Of a DNA stretch of 64,000 nucleotides, positions 61,800 through 64,000 are shown piece by piece (the stretch's first letter is position 1; the number at the start of each line of letters is the position of its first letter). Origin of the DNA: Lytechinus pictus. Lineage: Eukaryota. The notes under the pieces were generated by a model. It did no database searches, was not told the origin of the DNA, and saw only the letters and a list, made by a program, of their open reading frames with translations. The position numbers were made by a program, and so were the translations under genes. The stretch covers positions 16,308,001-16,372,000 of the forward strand of contig NC_087250.1 of NCBI RefSeq assembly GCF_037042905.1, in the 5' to 3' direction.

Positions 61800-63863
61800 C
61801 ACTACTCAAAAAAAGTTAAGGACCACTTTTTAAAACGTACATAAAGATTTTATACAAGGTGTTTTATTTCTGGAAATACCTCAGTACAACTGTCCTAAAT
61901 GTCCTTAAACACGCTGTAATCAATTTCACGCATGGGTGGTTTCAGTTGTTGCACAATGTCTCTCGCATCACTGCACATCCTGAAAAGTGGGCCCCGAGGG
62001 GTATCAGCTACCGACATGAAGTGGTAAAAACGAATGTCTGAGTGTCTTTCAGGCAGTTCAGTAACGAGTGTGACCACCTCCTGCAGCAATAACGGCTTCA
62101 CAGCGCTGTCTCATGGAGCTGATGAGGCGATTGATGTCTCTGACGTCCAGTGCATCCCATGCAGCCTCCAGAGCCACACCCAGCTGCTGCAGTCCAAGTG
62201 GATGGGCTTCGAGCTGCTCGAGACTCCTCCCCATCATGTCCCAGACGTGCTCTATCGGGTTTAAGTCCGGGGACCTCGCTGGCCACTCCATACGCTCAAT
62301 CCCCTGGCCCTCAAGGAACTCGGTCACCACCCTAGCTCGGTGGGCACGGGCATTGTCATCCATGAAAATGATGTTTTGTCCCACATTTTCTGCAAATGGC
62401 ACCACTATAGGTTCAAGGACCTCATCCCTGTACCTCACTCCTGTCATTGCTCCCCCTGGGACCACGTAGAGACGAGTACGGTTGGCGTAGGTGATGCCTC
62501 CCCACACCATGACGCTGCCTCCCCCATAACGGTCATGTTCTGCAATACAGGGGTCTGCAAATCTCTCTCCTGGTCGCCTCCAGACTCTCGAACGTCCATC
62601 ATTGTGGTCAAGGGAAAATCTGCTCTCATCTGTGAACAGAACTCTACGCCATTGCTGTCTGGTCCATCTGACATGCTCCCGGGCCCAGTTGAGACGAATT
62701 CTTCTGTGAGCAGGGGTGAGTGGGACACACTGAGCTGGCCGTCTGGCATGCATATTGGCTCTGTGAAGTCGGTTACGGATTGTTTGAGTGGAAACAATCA
62801 CTCCAGTTGCTGCAGCGAAGTCATTGTTGAGGCGGCGTGCACTGTGAAAGCGGTTGCGGAGGCTGAGATTCGTCAAGTAGCGATCATCTCTAGGGGTTGT
62901 CGAAACTGGTCGGCCACTGCGGGGTCTCTCGTGTGTGTCCCACTCACCCCTGCTCACAGAAGAATTCGTCTCAACTGGGCCCGGGAGCATGTCAGATGGA
63001 CCAGACAGCAATGGCGTAGAGTTCTGTTCACAGATGAGAGCAGATTTTCCCTTGACCACAATGATGGACGTTCGAGAGTCTGGAGGCGACCAGGAGAGAG
63101 ATTTGCAGACCCCTGTATTGCAGAACATGACCGTTATGGGGGAGGCAGCGTCATGGTGTGGGGAGGCATCACCTACGCCAACCGTACTCGCCTCTACGTG
63201 GTCCCAGGGGGAGCAATGACAGGAGTGAGGTACAGGGATGAGGTCCTTGAACCTATAGTGGTGCCATTTGCAGAAAATGTGGGACAAAACATCATTTTCA
63301 TGGATGACAATGCCCGTGCCCACCGAGCTAGGGTGGTGACCGAGTTCCTTGAGGGCCAGGGGATTGAGCGTATGGAGTGGCCAGCGAGGTCCCCGGACTT
63401 AAACCCGATAGAGCACGTCTGGGACATGATGGGGAGGAGTCTCGAGCAGCTCGAAGCCCATCCACTTGGACTGCAGCAGCTGGGTGTGGCTCTGGAGGCT
63501 GCATGGGATGCACTGGACGTCAGAGACATCAATCGCCTCATCAGCTCCATGAGACAGCGCTGTGAAGCCGTTATTGCTGCAGGAGGTGGTCACACTCGTT
63601 ACTGAACTGCCTGAAAGACACTCAGACATTCGTTTTTACCACTTCATGTCGGTAGCTGATACCCCTCGGGGCCCACTTTTCAGGATGTGCAGTGATGCGA
63701 GAGACATTGTGCAACAACTGAAACCACCCATGCGTGAAATTGATTACAGCGTGTTTAAGGACATTTAGGACAGTTGTACTGAGGTATTTCCAGAAATAAA
63801 ACACCTTGTATAAAATCTTTATGTACGTTTTAAAAAGTGGTCCTTAACTTTTTTTGAGTAGTG
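61800..63863. mobile_element. Palindromic (fold-back) non-autonomous derivative of the same Tc1 family: two right halves head to head
   Basis: 61800-62931 is the reverse complement of 51323-52454 (1132 bp). 62933-63863 equals 51524-52454 (931 bp). TA at 61798-99 and 63864-65. Both termini are the right TIR. Confidence 0.95.
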
Positions 63864-64000
63864 TATAATAAATAATTATGATATATAATGTAAAAAACTA
63901 TCACATAATTAGAATTTCATTTCAATTGGCCATTTTTTTCTGGCTCGCTTTTCTCGCTGGCAACAATATCCCACATTTTCTATATGTGCCACCTCAAAAT

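Noticed and set aside
61800..63863. Palindrome as a pure sequencing or assembly fold-back artefact
   Set aside because: Considered unlikely, though not excluded: symmetry stops exactly at the TIR tips with TA on each side, the outer flanks are not mirror images, and the arms differ at one base. Read-level confirmation is still needed.

Overview
AT-rich, repeat-dense eukaryotic DNA with spliceosomal introns. The repeat families and genes suggest a marine invertebrate, probably a sea urchin, but that is inference only. Two host genes face each other tail to tail: a complete 5-exon prenylcysteine oxidase (PCYOX1-like, + strand, 19038-30980, 507 aa) and a RING/B-box/coiled-coil TRIM with a single coding exon (- strand, 45740-47728). 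The rest is largely transposon-derived: CR1/L2-type, RTE and RTE-X-like LINE fragments, tRNA-derived SINEs, many TTAA-, TA- and 8-bp-TSD MITEs, Helentron-like elements and two multi-kb TAG...CTA foldback elements. The most striking structure is a pair. An intact-ORF DD34E Tc1 transposon (50559-52454) lies 9.3 kb from a TA-flanked palindromic derivative of the same family (61800-63863), made of two right halves joined head to head with a 931-bp near-perfect stem and a 202-nt loop. This is the architecture of a hairpin-RNA transposon silencer like maize Mu killer, and it still has mobilisable ends; the function is a hypothesis. All coordinates and alignments were read by eye.
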